Below, piece after piece: positions 27,170 to 35,623 of a DNA stretch of 64,000 nucleotides. Made by a program: the position numbers and the translations under genes. Positions within the stretch are counted from its first letter, which is position 1, and each line of letters begins with the position of its first letter. This stretch comes from Thermoplasmata archaeon (GTDB lineage: Archaea; Thermoplasmatota; Thermoplasmata; Lutacidiplasmatales; UBA184). Under the pieces are notes generated by a model, which did not search any database, had not been told where the DNA came from, and worked only from the letters and a program-made list of their open reading frames with translations. The stretch covers positions 56 to 64,055 of the forward strand of contig JAJZYH010000009.1 of the NCBI GenBank assembly GCA_021798195.1, in the 5' to 3' direction.

Positions 27170-28378
27170 TCAGAAGTCCACCCGTGTCCCGTTCCAGGCG
27201 GCCCGGAAGAGCCGTTCCAGCTCTGCCGTGGTGGGCACGCGAGGGTTGGAGGAGACGCAGGTGGACTGGTCCGCACGGGACACGAGATCGGGGAGGGCCT
27301 TCTCGAAATCGGGGGCGGAGATGGGGAGGGCCTGGGGGATGGTCCGGGACATCCCCACCTGATCCCACAATGTACGGATGCGGTCGGCCAGGGCATGGCC
27401 GCTCGCCACATGCGGCGCTCCCAGGGCGGAACGGAGCTTCTGGTACCTCTCCCGGGCCGCGTCGAAGTTGAATTCCACGGAGTAGGGAAGGAAGAGGCCG
27501 GACGCGCGCCCGTGGGGGACGGGAAACTTGGAGCCCAGGGCGTGCGCCATGGCGTGCGCGATGCCCACCTGCGCGTTCCCGAAGGCAAGTCCTCCCATGG
27601 TGGCCGCATAATGCAGCGATTCGCGGGTCGGGGAAGGGACCCCCTTGGCGCCGGTGGTCCGGGGCAGTTCCTCCATGAGGATCTCCACTGCCTGCTTCGC
27701 ATAGGCGTCCGAGAAGGGGTTCGACCAATCGGAGGCGATGGCCTCCACGGAGTGGCACAGCGCATCGGCCGCGGTGTCCGTGGTGACCTTCGGGGGCATG
27801 GTGGCCGCGAGGTCGGGGTCCAGGATCGCCCACCGTGGCACCAGTTCCCGGTGCGCCAGTTCCAGCTTGCGGCCTCCCTCTCCCTCGGTGAGCACCACCG
27901 CCCAGGTGGCTTCGCTCCCCGTGCCGCTCGTGGTGGGTATTCCCACGAGGATCGCCCTTTGCCCCAGGGTCATGTCGGTGAGCGGATGCAGGTCCATGAG
28001 GCCGAGGTCGGGCCGTTCGTAGAGCGCGTAGGTCGCCTTGGCCACATCGAGGGTGCTTCCTCCACCCAGACCCACGATGACGTCCGGTTGGAATTCCTTG
28101 GCCGCGGTGAGGGCCCGTTCCACGGTGGACACCTTGGGTTCCGGGTCCACCTCGGCAAAGAGGCGCACCTCGCCCCCGCCGGTGCGAAGGTGCTCCTCCA
28201 CGCGTGCGGGCACTCCCCGCCGGGCCAGCTCCCGGTCACAGATGAGGAGGGCGCGCCGAGCCTGCAGGGAGGCCAGGAACTCGATGGAGCCCGGCCCGAA
28301 CACCAGGCGAGGGGAGGTGAAGAACCACATGCCGCCCTTCCTGCCGGCCCGCCGAAGGCCTTGACCCAACGTGCGCAA
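27170..28378 (-). CDS. Iron-containing (group III) alcohol dehydrogenase
   Basis: GLGGGSTLDVAKA and Fe-ADH His motifs (HAMAHALG). Confidence 0.85.
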   Translation of the reverse strand: MRTLGQGLRRAGRKGGMWFFTSPRLVFGPGSIEFLASLQARRALLICDRELARRGVPARVEEHLRTGGGEVRLFAEVDPEPKVSTVERALTAAKEFQPDVIVGLGGGSTLDVAKATYALYERPDLGLMDLHPLTDMTLGQRAILVGIPTTSGTGSEATWAVVLTEGEGGRKLELAHRELVPRWAILDPDLAATMPPKVTTDTAADALCHSVEAIASDWSNPFSDAYAKQAVEILMEELPRTTGAKGVPSPTRESLHYAATMGGLAFGNAQVGIAHAMAHALGSKFPVPHGRASGLFLPYSVEFNFDAARERYQKLRSALGAPHVASGHALADRIRTLWDQVGMSRTIPQALPISAPDFEKALPDLVSRADQSTCVSSNPRVPTTAELERLFRAAWNGTRVDF

Positions 28379-28396
28379 CCACCGGGGAGCCGCCGC

Positions 28397-28801
28397 TCAC
28401 TGGAATTCGGTGGGGACGCGGGACGCCGTGTTCACCAGCTCCTTGGCGGCCCGTGTGTATCGCATGATCTTCATCATGTTTCCCTTGAGCTTGAATTGGC
28501 CCCCCATGAGCGCCTTCAGGGGGTCCAACTCCCCCTGGATCAGCCGCTTCCAGTTGGAGTAGGTTCCGGCGTAGGAGTACGCCGCGGACCGTTCCTCGGG
28601 GTTCGTGAGGAGCCGCGCCTCGCGGCACTTCCCATGGAACAGGTCGAGGTAAAAGGCCTGGCGCGACGCGATGGGCCCGTCCGGCTCCACCACGAAGATG
28701 AAGTCCCCCTCCCACGTCCGGGCCGAGTCCTCGTAGGCGGCGTTCTTGTTCAGTTCCTCTTGGAAGAGGGCGATCCATTCATGGGAGGGGAACTTCGCCA
28801 T
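28397..28801 (-). CDS. SCP2 (sterol-carrier-protein-2-like) domain protein
   Basis: SCP2-like sequence (MAKFPSHEWIALFQEELNKNAAYEDSARTWEGDFIFVVEP...KLKGNMMKIMRYTRA). Start taken at ATG 28801. Confidence 0.6.
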   Translation of the reverse strand: MAKFPSHEWIALFQEELNKNAAYEDSARTWEGDFIFVVEPDGPIASRQAFYLDLFHGKCREARLLTNPEERSAAYSYAGTYSNWKRLIQGELDPLKALMGGQFKLKGNMMKIMRYTRAAKELVNTASRVPTEFQ

Positions 28802-29297
28802 GGGCACGTCACCACCGGTCCCGCGAGGCCCCCGGGAGGATAAGGGTTTGTTCATGAGGGTCGGGCCCCCCTGGTTCGGACAACGGACGTCCTGCGGGGC
28901 GAGGACCAAGCCCCGAGCGGCGCAGGACTCCCACCGGGTGAGGAAGGAATGCCCGCCCCGTGGCTTCCAGATCCACCCTCTTCGAGCTCTTCAAGGCCGG
29001 TTCAAACGGACCTGCTGCGATGCGTTGCCCGAAGGAGTCCCAGGATGGCCCCGCGGCATCCGCAACGGAACGGACCTCAGCCGCCCTACCCATGGGAGGG
29101 GGAAAACCGATGGATGGAGGGCCTCCACCCTCCAGTGGACGTGAACTAGGAGAGAGGATCCATCTCGGGGAAGAGCACGAGGCTCATCCCCCGCATCCCG
29201 ATGAGCGCGCGCGCCGCCTCGGCGCAGGCGCGGTCGGCGGGTTGCGACGCATTCGGCCCGTTTGTCGGACGACCCAGGGGACTCACCTCGATGGTGA

Positions 29298-29390
29298 AGG
29301 GCGTCATACGTGATGACGTTTGTCAGACAAACCGTATATATTTGTCGGTCCGGAGGCGGAACGGCTTGTTCCGCCCCCATCGCATCCCCG
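29298..29390. promoter_or_regulatory. Palindrome-dense intergenic element with a TATATAT core
   Basis: CGTCAT-ACGTG-ATGACG, TTTGTC-A-GACAAA, TATATAT, GGCGGAAC-GGCTT-GTTCCGCC and CCCC-GGA-GGGG, all within about 95 nt. Confidence 0.35.
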
Positions 29391-29410
29391 GAGGGGTTCG
29401 AACCGCTGGT

Positions 29411-30388
29411 TCAGGTGTACTCGTAGAACCCGCGGCCGGTCTTCCGGCCGTAGTGCCCCGCGTCGACGAGCCTCCGCAGGCCCACCGCGGGGCGGTACTT
29501 GGGGTCGCCGTATTCCCGATGAAGGATCTCGGCCACCTCGAGGGCCACGTCGAGGCCGATCATGTCGGCGAGCTCCAGCGGACCCATGGGCATGCCCGCG
29601 CCGGCCTTGAGCGCCTGATCCATGTCCCGGGCCGACGCCACGCCCTCATCCAGCGCGAAGCAGGCCTCGTTGAGCATGGGGATGAGAAGGCGGTTCACGA
29701 GGAAGCCAGGGACCTCCTTCACCCGGATGGGGACCAGGGGATACCGGTGGTTCCGCAAACCCTGCAGGAACTCGATCACGTCGGTCACGGTATCCTCCCG
29801 GGTGTCCACGCCCGGGACCACCTCGACCAGGGGAAGGGTGTAGGGAGGGTTGAAGAAGTGGGCGATGAGCGTGTTGGAGACGTGGTGGAGCCCCTTCGCG
29901 AGCCGCGTGATGGAGAGCGAGGATGTGTTGCTCGCGAGGATGGCATGCTCGGGGAGGACCTTGTCGAGATCCTCGAAGACCTGCCGCTTCACGTCCGCCC
30001 GTTCGAAGGCGGCCTCGATCACGAGGTCCACGTCCGAGAAATCGGAGTAGTCCGTGGTGCCGTGCACCCGGGCCTTCAGGGCCTCTCCCATGGCCGGCGT
30101 GAATCGGGGCTTGAGGCGGTTCTCGATGGCCTTCTTCTGCTCCTGCGTCAACTGGACCCCCAGATCCTCGATCCGGGCGATCTCCTTCGGCGCCCTCCCG
30201 GCGTGGAACGCCACGAGCTCGTCGACGATGGACTTCACCTTGGAGAGCCCCCGTTCCACCAGGGGAGGGGAGACATCCTTCAGCACCACCGGGATCTCGT
30301 TGAGCGCCAGGACTTCCGCGATGGCTGCCCCCATGGTACCGGCCCCCACGACACCCGCCTTGCGCACGTAGATCATCGACCCACCCAC
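29411..30388 (-). CDS. 3-hydroxyacyl-CoA (3-hydroxybutyryl-CoA) dehydrogenase
   Basis: VGAGTMGAAIA Rossmann motif and HBD family body. Confidence 0.85.
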   Translation of the reverse strand: MGGSMIYVRKAGVVGAGTMGAAIAEVLALNEIPVVLKDVSPPLVERGLSKVKSIVDELVAFHAGRAPKEIARIEDLGVQLTQEQKKAIENRLKPRFTPAMGEALKARVHGTTDYSDFSDVDLVIEAAFERADVKRQVFEDLDKVLPEHAILASNTSSLSITRLAKGLHHVSNTLIAHFFNPPYTLPLVEVVPGVDTREDTVTDVIEFLQGLRNHRYPLVPIRVKEVPGFLVNRLLIPMLNEACFALDEGVASARDMDQALKAGAGMPMGPLELADMIGLDVALEVAEILHREYGDPKYRPAVGLRRLVDAGHYGRKTGRGFYEYT

Positions 30389-30476
30389 ACTGCCCGGACC
30401 CTTCCCCCGTAATTAACCATCGCCAGCGGGGGTTCCCGGAGGGGTTAAATTCTCACCCTCAGTCGCGCCCCCCCGC

Positions 30477-30592
30477 GCGGGGATGGCCCAGCCCGGTAAG
30501 GCGCGGGATTGCTAATCCCGTGGTGCTCGCACCTCGGGGGTTCAAAGATGGGGAGGAAAGGCTCCTCCCCATGGAAATTCCCCCTCCCCGCG
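30477..30592 (+). tRNA. tRNA-Ser (anticodon GCU) with a roughly 32-nt non-canonical intron in the T-loop; no encoded CCA
   Basis: Hand fold: acceptor GCGGGGA/TCCCCGC, D-stem GCC/GGC with a long D-loop, anticodon stem CGGGA/TCCCG with loop TTGCTAA, long variable arm GGTGC/GCACC, T-stem GGGGG ... CCCCC separated by TTCAAA plus an inserted hairpin ATGGGGAGG-AAAGGCT-CCTCCCCAT (30548-30572). Confidence 0.65.
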
Positions 30593-30595
30593 TCC

Positions 30596-30946
30596 TCATC
30601 CGGAACCCGAAACAGAGTGGCCCCCTCGAGACGTGGGGGAGTTCGGCGGCTCCCGCCGCCAACGCCATATCCCATCATCTCCCGGTTCCACAAACCCGCG
30701 CTCCCCGGCTTCCGGTGGAGGGTGAGGGAACAGGACCAGGACGCGGCCCCCCTCCTCCAGATCCACCCATCCCAGGGCATGGGGCGCCTTCCAGGGCGGG
30801 GGTGGGACCTCAAGTTCCGTGACCGCCACGGTGCGCCCCTGCCCGTGAAGCGTCTCCTCCCGTGTCGCCGTCCCGCACAGAGGGCAGCGCACCCGGGAAG
30901 GCACGAAGGTCCTTCCGCAGGGATCACAGCGGGAGACGCGGATCAC
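30596..30946 (-). CDS. DUF35-family protein (C4 zinc ribbon + OB fold; thiolase partner)
   Basis: CDPCGRTFVPSRVRCPLCG zinc ribbon followed by an OB-like region. GTG start immediately after the thiolase stop, GGAGG RBS. Confidence 0.6.
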   Translation of the reverse strand: MIRVSRCDPCGRTFVPSRVRCPLCGTATREETLHGQGRTVAVTELEVPPPPWKAPHALGWVDLEEGGRVLVLFPHPPPEAGERGFVEPGDDGIWRWRREPPNSPTSRGGHSVSGSG

Positions 30947-32082
30947 GGCCCCTCCTCCCGGCCCAGGAGGGTCACGAAGTTGTGCGATCCCAGGCCCCCC
31001 ACCGACTGGGTGAGGCCCATTCGGGGATGACCCGCCTGCAGAGGGCCGGCTTCCTGGGAGAGCTGACGGGCCACCTCCACGATCTGCGCCAGTCCCGAGG
31101 CCCCCACCGGATGTCCTCGGCCCAGGAGCCCTCCGGAAGGGTTGATGGGTAGGGACCCTCCGGGGGCTCCGTTCCCGTTCCGCATCCAGGTGAGGGCTTC
31201 CCCGGGACCGCAGAAGCCCACGTCCTCCAGATCGACGAGCTGGAAGGGGGCGAACGCGTCGTGCAGTTCCGCCACATCCACCTCTCGGGGGGAAGAGCGG
31301 GCCATCTCGTAGGCGCGTCGGGCCGCCGTCCGGGTCGCCTCGAATCGCGTGGGGTCCGGGCGGGAGGCCACCTCCAGCACGTCGGTCCCCTGTCCCCACC
31401 CGCGCACGCGTACGGGTCCCGGCCGGTGCTCCAGCAGGATGCCCGCTGCCCCGTCACTGATGGCCGAGACGTGGAGGAGGCGGAGGGGTCTCGCGATCAC
31501 CCGGCTCCGGTTCACCTCCTCCAGGGTGACCGGGGTCCGGAATTGGGCATTGGGATTCTTCACGGCATTTTCCCGGTTCTGCACGGACACCTCGCCCAGC
31601 TCCTCCCAGGGGATCCGGTGGCGCGTCAGGTACTCCTGCGCCACGAGAGCCGCCAGGGCTGGCATCGTGGCCCCGTGCCGGATCTCGTGGGGGGAGAGGG
31701 ACCGGGCGAGGGCACCGGTGACCGCCTCCGTGGGGGCTCCCGTCATCTTCTCCCCGGCCAGCACCAGGGCGGACTCGTACCGGCCTCCGGAGACGAGTTC
31801 GCACGCGATGTGGAAGACGCCGGCTCCGCTGGCCGACGCGGTGTCCACGTGATACCCGTCCACGCCGGTGAGCCCCAGACGGTCCGCCATGCGGGGGACA
31901 AGGTTTTCGAGTCCTCCCAGGACGGCGGGGGCCATGCTGCCCACGAGCAGGAGTCCGGGCCGGCGCGACGCGGGGGGCGCGCGCTCCAGGGCCTCGCGGG
32001 CCGCCTCTTCCAAGAGCTCTTCGAGCCCTTCCTTCCGCCGGCCGAACCGGCCGATCCCGGTCCCGGATATGGAAAGGGTCAC
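30943..32082 (-). CDS. Thiolase-like protein (archaeal acetyl-CoA acetyltransferase / SCP-x-type thiolase)
   Basis: Thiolase body with C-terminal GHPVGASGLAQIVE. GTG start at 32082 overlaps the hjc stop (GTGA); the ORF upstream of that looks non-coding. Confidence 0.75.
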   Translation of the reverse strand: MTLSISGTGIGRFGRRKEGLEELLEEAAREALERAPPASRRPGLLLVGSMAPAVLGGLENLVPRMADRLGLTGVDGYHVDTASASGAGVFHIACELVSGGRYESALVLAGEKMTGAPTEAVTGALARSLSPHEIRHGATMPALAALVAQEYLTRHRIPWEELGEVSVQNRENAVKNPNAQFRTPVTLEEVNRSRVIARPLRLLHVSAISDGAAGILLEHRPGPVRVRGWGQGTDVLEVASRPDPTRFEATRTAARRAYEMARSSPREVDVAELHDAFAPFQLVDLEDVGFCGPGEALTWMRNGNGAPGGSLPINPSGGLLGRGHPVGASGLAQIVEVARQLSQEAGPLQAGHPRMGLTQSVGGLGSHNFVTLLGREEGP

Positions 32083-32621
32083 GACAGGCCCCCCAGGATG
32101 GCCATGGCGTGCCCCAGGAGGTCCAGCAGGGGCCGTCCCCGGTCCCAGCGGAGGACCTGGTTCCCGTGAGGGGTGTTCTCCACCCGGGGGGTTCGTCGGG
32201 CCAGGAGGCGGGCGAATCCCGTGGGGGGCCCCTCGTCGGCGGCGAAGATCCGCCAGGGATCGTCCTCCCCGCTGCCGATCCACCGGAAGGCGTACAGGAG
32301 GACGAGGTTCGCCTTCCGCGTCTGGTCCCGGAGGCTTTCGAACTGCTCCCGGGCACGGCCGGAGGCCGCGGCAAAATGGATCACGGGCTGCGCCGAGGTC
32401 TTCACCTCGACGGGGAGGATGAGCCCATCCCGGAGCGCCACGAGGTCGAACCCATGGGAACCAGCGGCGCGCACCACCAGGAAGGGGTTCTTCGTCAACT
32501 GGTCGAGGAGCCTGAGCTCGTCGACCGTGTGGGCGTACCGGCGATATCGTCTCAGGGCTCCCTCCTCCCCTTGCAGGACCCCTTTGAGCTCCCGTTCGTA
32601 GGAGGAGCCGGACCGGTTCAC
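32079..32621 (-). CDS. hjc: Holliday-junction resolvase Hjc-like PD-(D/E)xK nuclease with a C-terminal extension
   Basis: SSYERELKGVL ... FLVVRAAGSHGFDLVALRDGLILPVEVKTS matches Hjc catalytic E/D/E-V-K spacing. GTG 32621 lies about 26 nt from the TATA at 32644-32652. Confidence 0.6.
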   Translation of the reverse strand: MNRSGSSYERELKGVLQGEEGALRRYRRYAHTVDELRLLDQLTKNPFLVVRAAGSHGFDLVALRDGLILPVEVKTSAQPVIHFAAASGRAREQFESLRDQTRKANLVLLYAFRWIGSGEDDPWRIFAADEGPPTGFARLLARRTPRVENTPHGNQVLRWDRGRPLLDLLGHAMAILGGLS

Positions 32622-32643
32622 GGGACGCCCCACATTCCCTCGG

Positions 32644-32652
32644 TTTAATAAT
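32644..32652. promoter_or_regulatory. Isolated AT-rich TATA-like box (TTTAATAAT) between divergent leaderless starts (hjc GTG 32621; ATPase TTG 32674)
   Basis: The only AT-rich 9-mer in a GC-rich stretch, with roughly equal spacing (about 24-26 nt) to both start codons. Confidence 0.5.
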
Positions 32653-32673
32653 CCACGGGCCCCCTCCCCGCGC

Positions 32674-34146
32674 TTGGGACGTGGCCCGTTGCGAGCTCCC
32701 CCGGCGACGTTGGATCTGGAGGACGAGGACCTGCCGGTGGCCGAGGCCATCGCGAACCTCCTGGAGACCGCCCGACGGCGCCGGGAGGTCCGGGGGATCT
32801 CCTCCGGCCGTCCCGCGTTCCGCCTCTCGGAGCTACGGCAGGAGCTCCTGCGGGGAAGGGTCTTCGAGGACCCGGCCCGTCTCCTGGCCCGCCTCCGACG
32901 TCGGGGACTTCTGGAGGAGGCGACCTCGGGTCGCGGCGACCGCCTCTACGTGGCCCCGGCCGCGGAGGAGCTCCTGGGGCTCCTGCACCGGGCCACCCTT
33001 GCGGAGCCTCCCGTGCCGGCCCCGACCCCCGGTCCCATGGCGCCGGACGAGGCGGCGGAGATCCAGGACATGGATGCCGCGTTCTTCGTGTACCTCCGCG
33101 ACCTCCTGGAGAATCGGCGGGAGGAGGCGCTGGAGTTCGCCCGGGGGTTCCACCTCGAGGCGCTCCTCGAGTACACCCGGGAACTCTTCGGGGAGGATCT
33201 CTACCTGGACCTTGCCCTCTCGCTCCTGCAGCAATACGCCCTCGCCGACGTGCCGCTCCTCGCGCCCAACGGCCGCACCACCGGCACCACGGGTTTCCAC
33301 CTGGCCCTGTTCGGGCCCCCCGGGACCGGGAAGAGCTTCGCCATCGACGACCTCATCCGGGGGAATCCCAAGTCGGGCGTCCCGCCCCACGGGCTGCCGG
33401 GGCGGAACCGCTACTGCGGTGGGATCACCCCGGCGCAGTTCCTGCGGGTGGGTTCCTACTACCGGGGACGCACGTTCAACTTCATCGTCCCGGAGTTCAA
33501 TGACTGGTTCAAGTACCGGGGCATGGTGGAACCCCTCAAGCTCGTCATGGAACAGCGGGAGGTCAAATGGGAGACGACCTTCGGGACCGTGGGACCGTAC
33601 ACGTTCCGCTCCTACTTCTCGGTGAACTACAACGTCCGGGTGGCGGGAGGGAGCGACTACTGGACCACCATCGCGGACCCCAACTTCGCGGCATTGGAGG
33701 ATCGCATGCTGCTGCGCTTCCATCTCATGACCCGGGACCGCTTCCGGGCGGTGGAAGAGAGCGCCCAGCGCCTGGAGCTGGGGGAGATCGACTTTTCGTT
33801 GGCCGAGCGGATCCGGGACCATCTCACCTTGGTCTACGCCATCCAGACGAGGCACCCCCTGGTCTCCCGGTGGAACCTCCGCCCCGTGGCGCTGAGCCGC
33901 CGTCTTTACGACCGTCTGGGGGAGGTCTCCCAGAAGGCCCTCGCACGGACCGAACATCCCAAGTTCTCCCCCCGGCTCAAGGGGAGAGCGGTGAAGCTGG
34001 CCGCGGCGGGCGCGCTGGTGGGGTATTTTGCCCATGAGGAGGAGAAAGGGGCCCTTCCGGTGGGAAGGGCGGAAGAGGAGCTCGCCCGCCGGTTCTACGC
34101 CGAGGAGATCGAGGCCCGGGAAGGGCGCCGGTTCGGGTCCGCCTGA
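32674..34146 (+). CDS. Uncharacterised P-loop NTPase (AAA+-like; Walker A GPPGTGKS) with a roughly 200-aa N-terminal helical domain
   Basis: FHLALFGPPGTGKSFAIDDL Walker A; the putative Walker B NFIVPEF is atypical. No confident family assignment. Confidence 0.55.
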   Translation: MGRGPLRAPPATLDLEDEDLPVAEAIANLLETARRRREVRGISSGRPAFRLSELRQELLRGRVFEDPARLLARLRRRGLLEEATSGRGDRLYVAPAAEELLGLLHRATLAEPPVPAPTPGPMAPDEAAEIQDMDAAFFVYLRDLLENRREEALEFARGFHLEALLEYTRELFGEDLYLDLALSLLQQYALADVPLLAPNGRTTGTTGFHLALFGPPGTGKSFAIDDLIRGNPKSGVPPHGLPGRNRYCGGITPAQFLRVGSYYRGRTFNFIVPEFNDWFKYRGMVEPLKLVMEQREVKWETTFGTVGPYTFRSYFSVNYNVRVAGGSDYWTTIADPNFAALEDRMLLRFHLMTRDRFRAVEESAQRLELGEIDFSLAERIRDHLTLVYAIQTRHPLVSRWNLRPVALSRRLYDRLGEVSQKALARTEHPKFSPRLKGRAVKLAAAGALVGYFAHEEEKGALPVGRAEEELARRFYAEEIEAREGRRFGSA

Positions 34147-34276
34147 TGCCCCGGGCGCCGCCCCCTCCCTGGAGCCGGGAGGCGGGCCCGCCTACCGGAT
34201 CCCCCCCGCGGACCTGGTGGCGTCCCTCGCGCAGCGGGAGCTTCGCGCCGCTCGCAAGGAAGCCCCGACCCAGGCG

Positions 34277-34585
34277 ATGATCCACCGCTCGGTGGAGGCC
34301 CGGCTCCGCGAGGAGGATCCCACCTTCCGGCTGGGCCCCGCGCGCCTGCGCTCCATCCTCCTCCGGTCTCCCCGGGTCTCGGTCCGGATCCAGTATGCCC
34401 AGAGGGCGGGCCGAAGGCCACTGCAATCGTGCCCGGTCTGCGGGGAGGAGATCCGCCCCTTGAGGAACCAAACCCTCGAGGGCGATACCGTCATCCTGGG
34501 CTGGCGGTGCACCCGATGCCCCTTCTGGACGCCCGTCCGCCGGCGCGTCCCGGCCCGCTACGCCTTCCGGTGGGTGGGGCGGTGA
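34277..34585 (+). CDS. Small basic protein with a C-terminal C4 zinc ribbon
   Basis: CPVCGEEIRPL...WRCTRCPFW. The start is uncertain (ATG 34277, or GTG 34217). Confidence 0.35.
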   Translation: MIHRSVEARLREEDPTFRLGPARLRSILLRSPRVSVRIQYAQRAGRRPLQSCPVCGEEIRPLRNQTLEGDTVILGWRCTRCPFWTPVRRRVPARYAFRWVGR

Positions 34586-34633
34586 CGGGCCCGGGACCAT
34601 CCAGGCCCCCCGGGGAGACGCGCGAGTCTCCCC

Positions 34634-35617
34634 TCACTGGACCGAGTTCATCACGGCCATGCGGTTCGCATCCACGAGGAGGATCGTCTGGGCGCCCTTC
34701 CGGTCGAACGTGAAGTACCAGATGGGGACGTGCAGGAGCTCCCCGTCGGTCGCCTGGAGCTGGGTCTGGATCTGCTCGATCATCCGGTGCTGCTGGTGCG
34801 CCTTCTCCGCCTGGATCTGGGTCACGTAGTTCTTGGCCGCGTACTGCGCGGCATCCTCGCCCACGTCGCCGTTGAGCACGGGGGCATTGGGGGGAAGGCG
34901 TCGCTTGTCGAAGAGTTGGCGGCTCCCCAGGTCGAACTGGTAGTCGTGGGGCTGGTACTTCTGCAGCCCCTGGATGGCGATCACGGGGTACTCGTACTGG
35001 CCGGCGAGCTCCGCCGCGCGCTGGGCGCTCTGCCCCCCGCCTCCCATCCCCATGCCCATTCCCATGGCCATGGGCATCATGAGGAAGCCGCCGCCCCGGC
35101 GCCCGCCCCCCAGCATGCCCCCCACCAGCGCCACCGCGGCGAGGCTTCCTCCCACCTCGGCCGCCTGGACCGCCACGTCATTGTAGACGTAGTGGGTCAC
35201 CGCCGAGACGGGGATCACCCAGAAGGGGACCACCGACATCTTGGCCTCCACGAGCTTCGACTCCTCGTACACGTGCCGGTGGAGGAGTCCCTGGTCCATC
35301 CAGTGCTGACAGACCGAGAGGGCCTGGGCCTGGTCCGGGATCTTGGGGACCAGCATGGAGTGGTTCTGGATCGCCTTCCAGGCGCCCTGGGATAGGGCCA
35401 CCGGCGTCCCGCAGTACTCGCAGGTCACCACCATCTCCCCGGGTTGCGGGGTGAGCGGAGCGCCACAGGACTGGCACTTGAGGTCCCGTGGGGGGGTGGC
35501 GGCGGGAGGGGCCGGGCTCTGGGACCGGCCCGGAACCGGCGTGCCGCACTTGTAGCAGAACTGGGCGCCCGGCGGCAACGACGTTCCGCAACGGATGCAG
35601 AAGGTGGCTCCCGACAT
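34634..35617 (-). CDS. Double-zinc-ribbon protein with a C-terminal uncharacterised domain (YdjG-like)
   Basis: CIRCGTSLPPGAQFCYKCGTPV and CQSCGAPL...CEYCGTPV ribbons, a Gly/Met-rich low-complexity linker, then a conserved-looking C-terminal domain. Confidence 0.5.
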   Translation of the reverse strand: MSGATFCIRCGTSLPPGAQFCYKCGTPVPGRSQSPAPPAATPPRDLKCQSCGAPLTPQPGEMVVTCEYCGTPVALSQGAWKAIQNHSMLVPKIPDQAQALSVCQHWMDQGLLHRHVYEESKLVEAKMSVVPFWVIPVSAVTHYVYNDVAVQAAEVGGSLAAVALVGGMLGGGRRGGGFLMMPMAMGMGMGMGGGGQSAQRAAELAGQYEYPVIAIQGLQKYQPHDYQFDLGSRQLFDKRRLPPNAPVLNGDVGEDAAQYAAKNYVTQIQAEKAHQQHRMIEQIQTQLQATDGELLHVPIWYFTFDRKGAQTILLVDANRMAVMNSVQ

Positions 35618-35623
35618 TTCGGT

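Noticed and set aside
25580-28843. 1087-aa plus-strand ORF
   Set aside because: Runs antisense across well-supported ALDH, Fe-ADH and SCP2 genes. Composition (G/R/P/E/H-rich) and lack of motifs indicate a GC artefact.
29380-29415. GGGGTTCGAACCGC looked like a tRNA T-arm
   Set aside because: No acceptor, D or anticodon stems could be built on either strand. It is part of the palindrome cluster downstream of the dehydrogenase gene.
30445-30927. 160-aa minus-strand ORF
   Set aside because: Overlaps the intron-containing tRNA-Ser and the DUF35 gene in another frame. Spurious.
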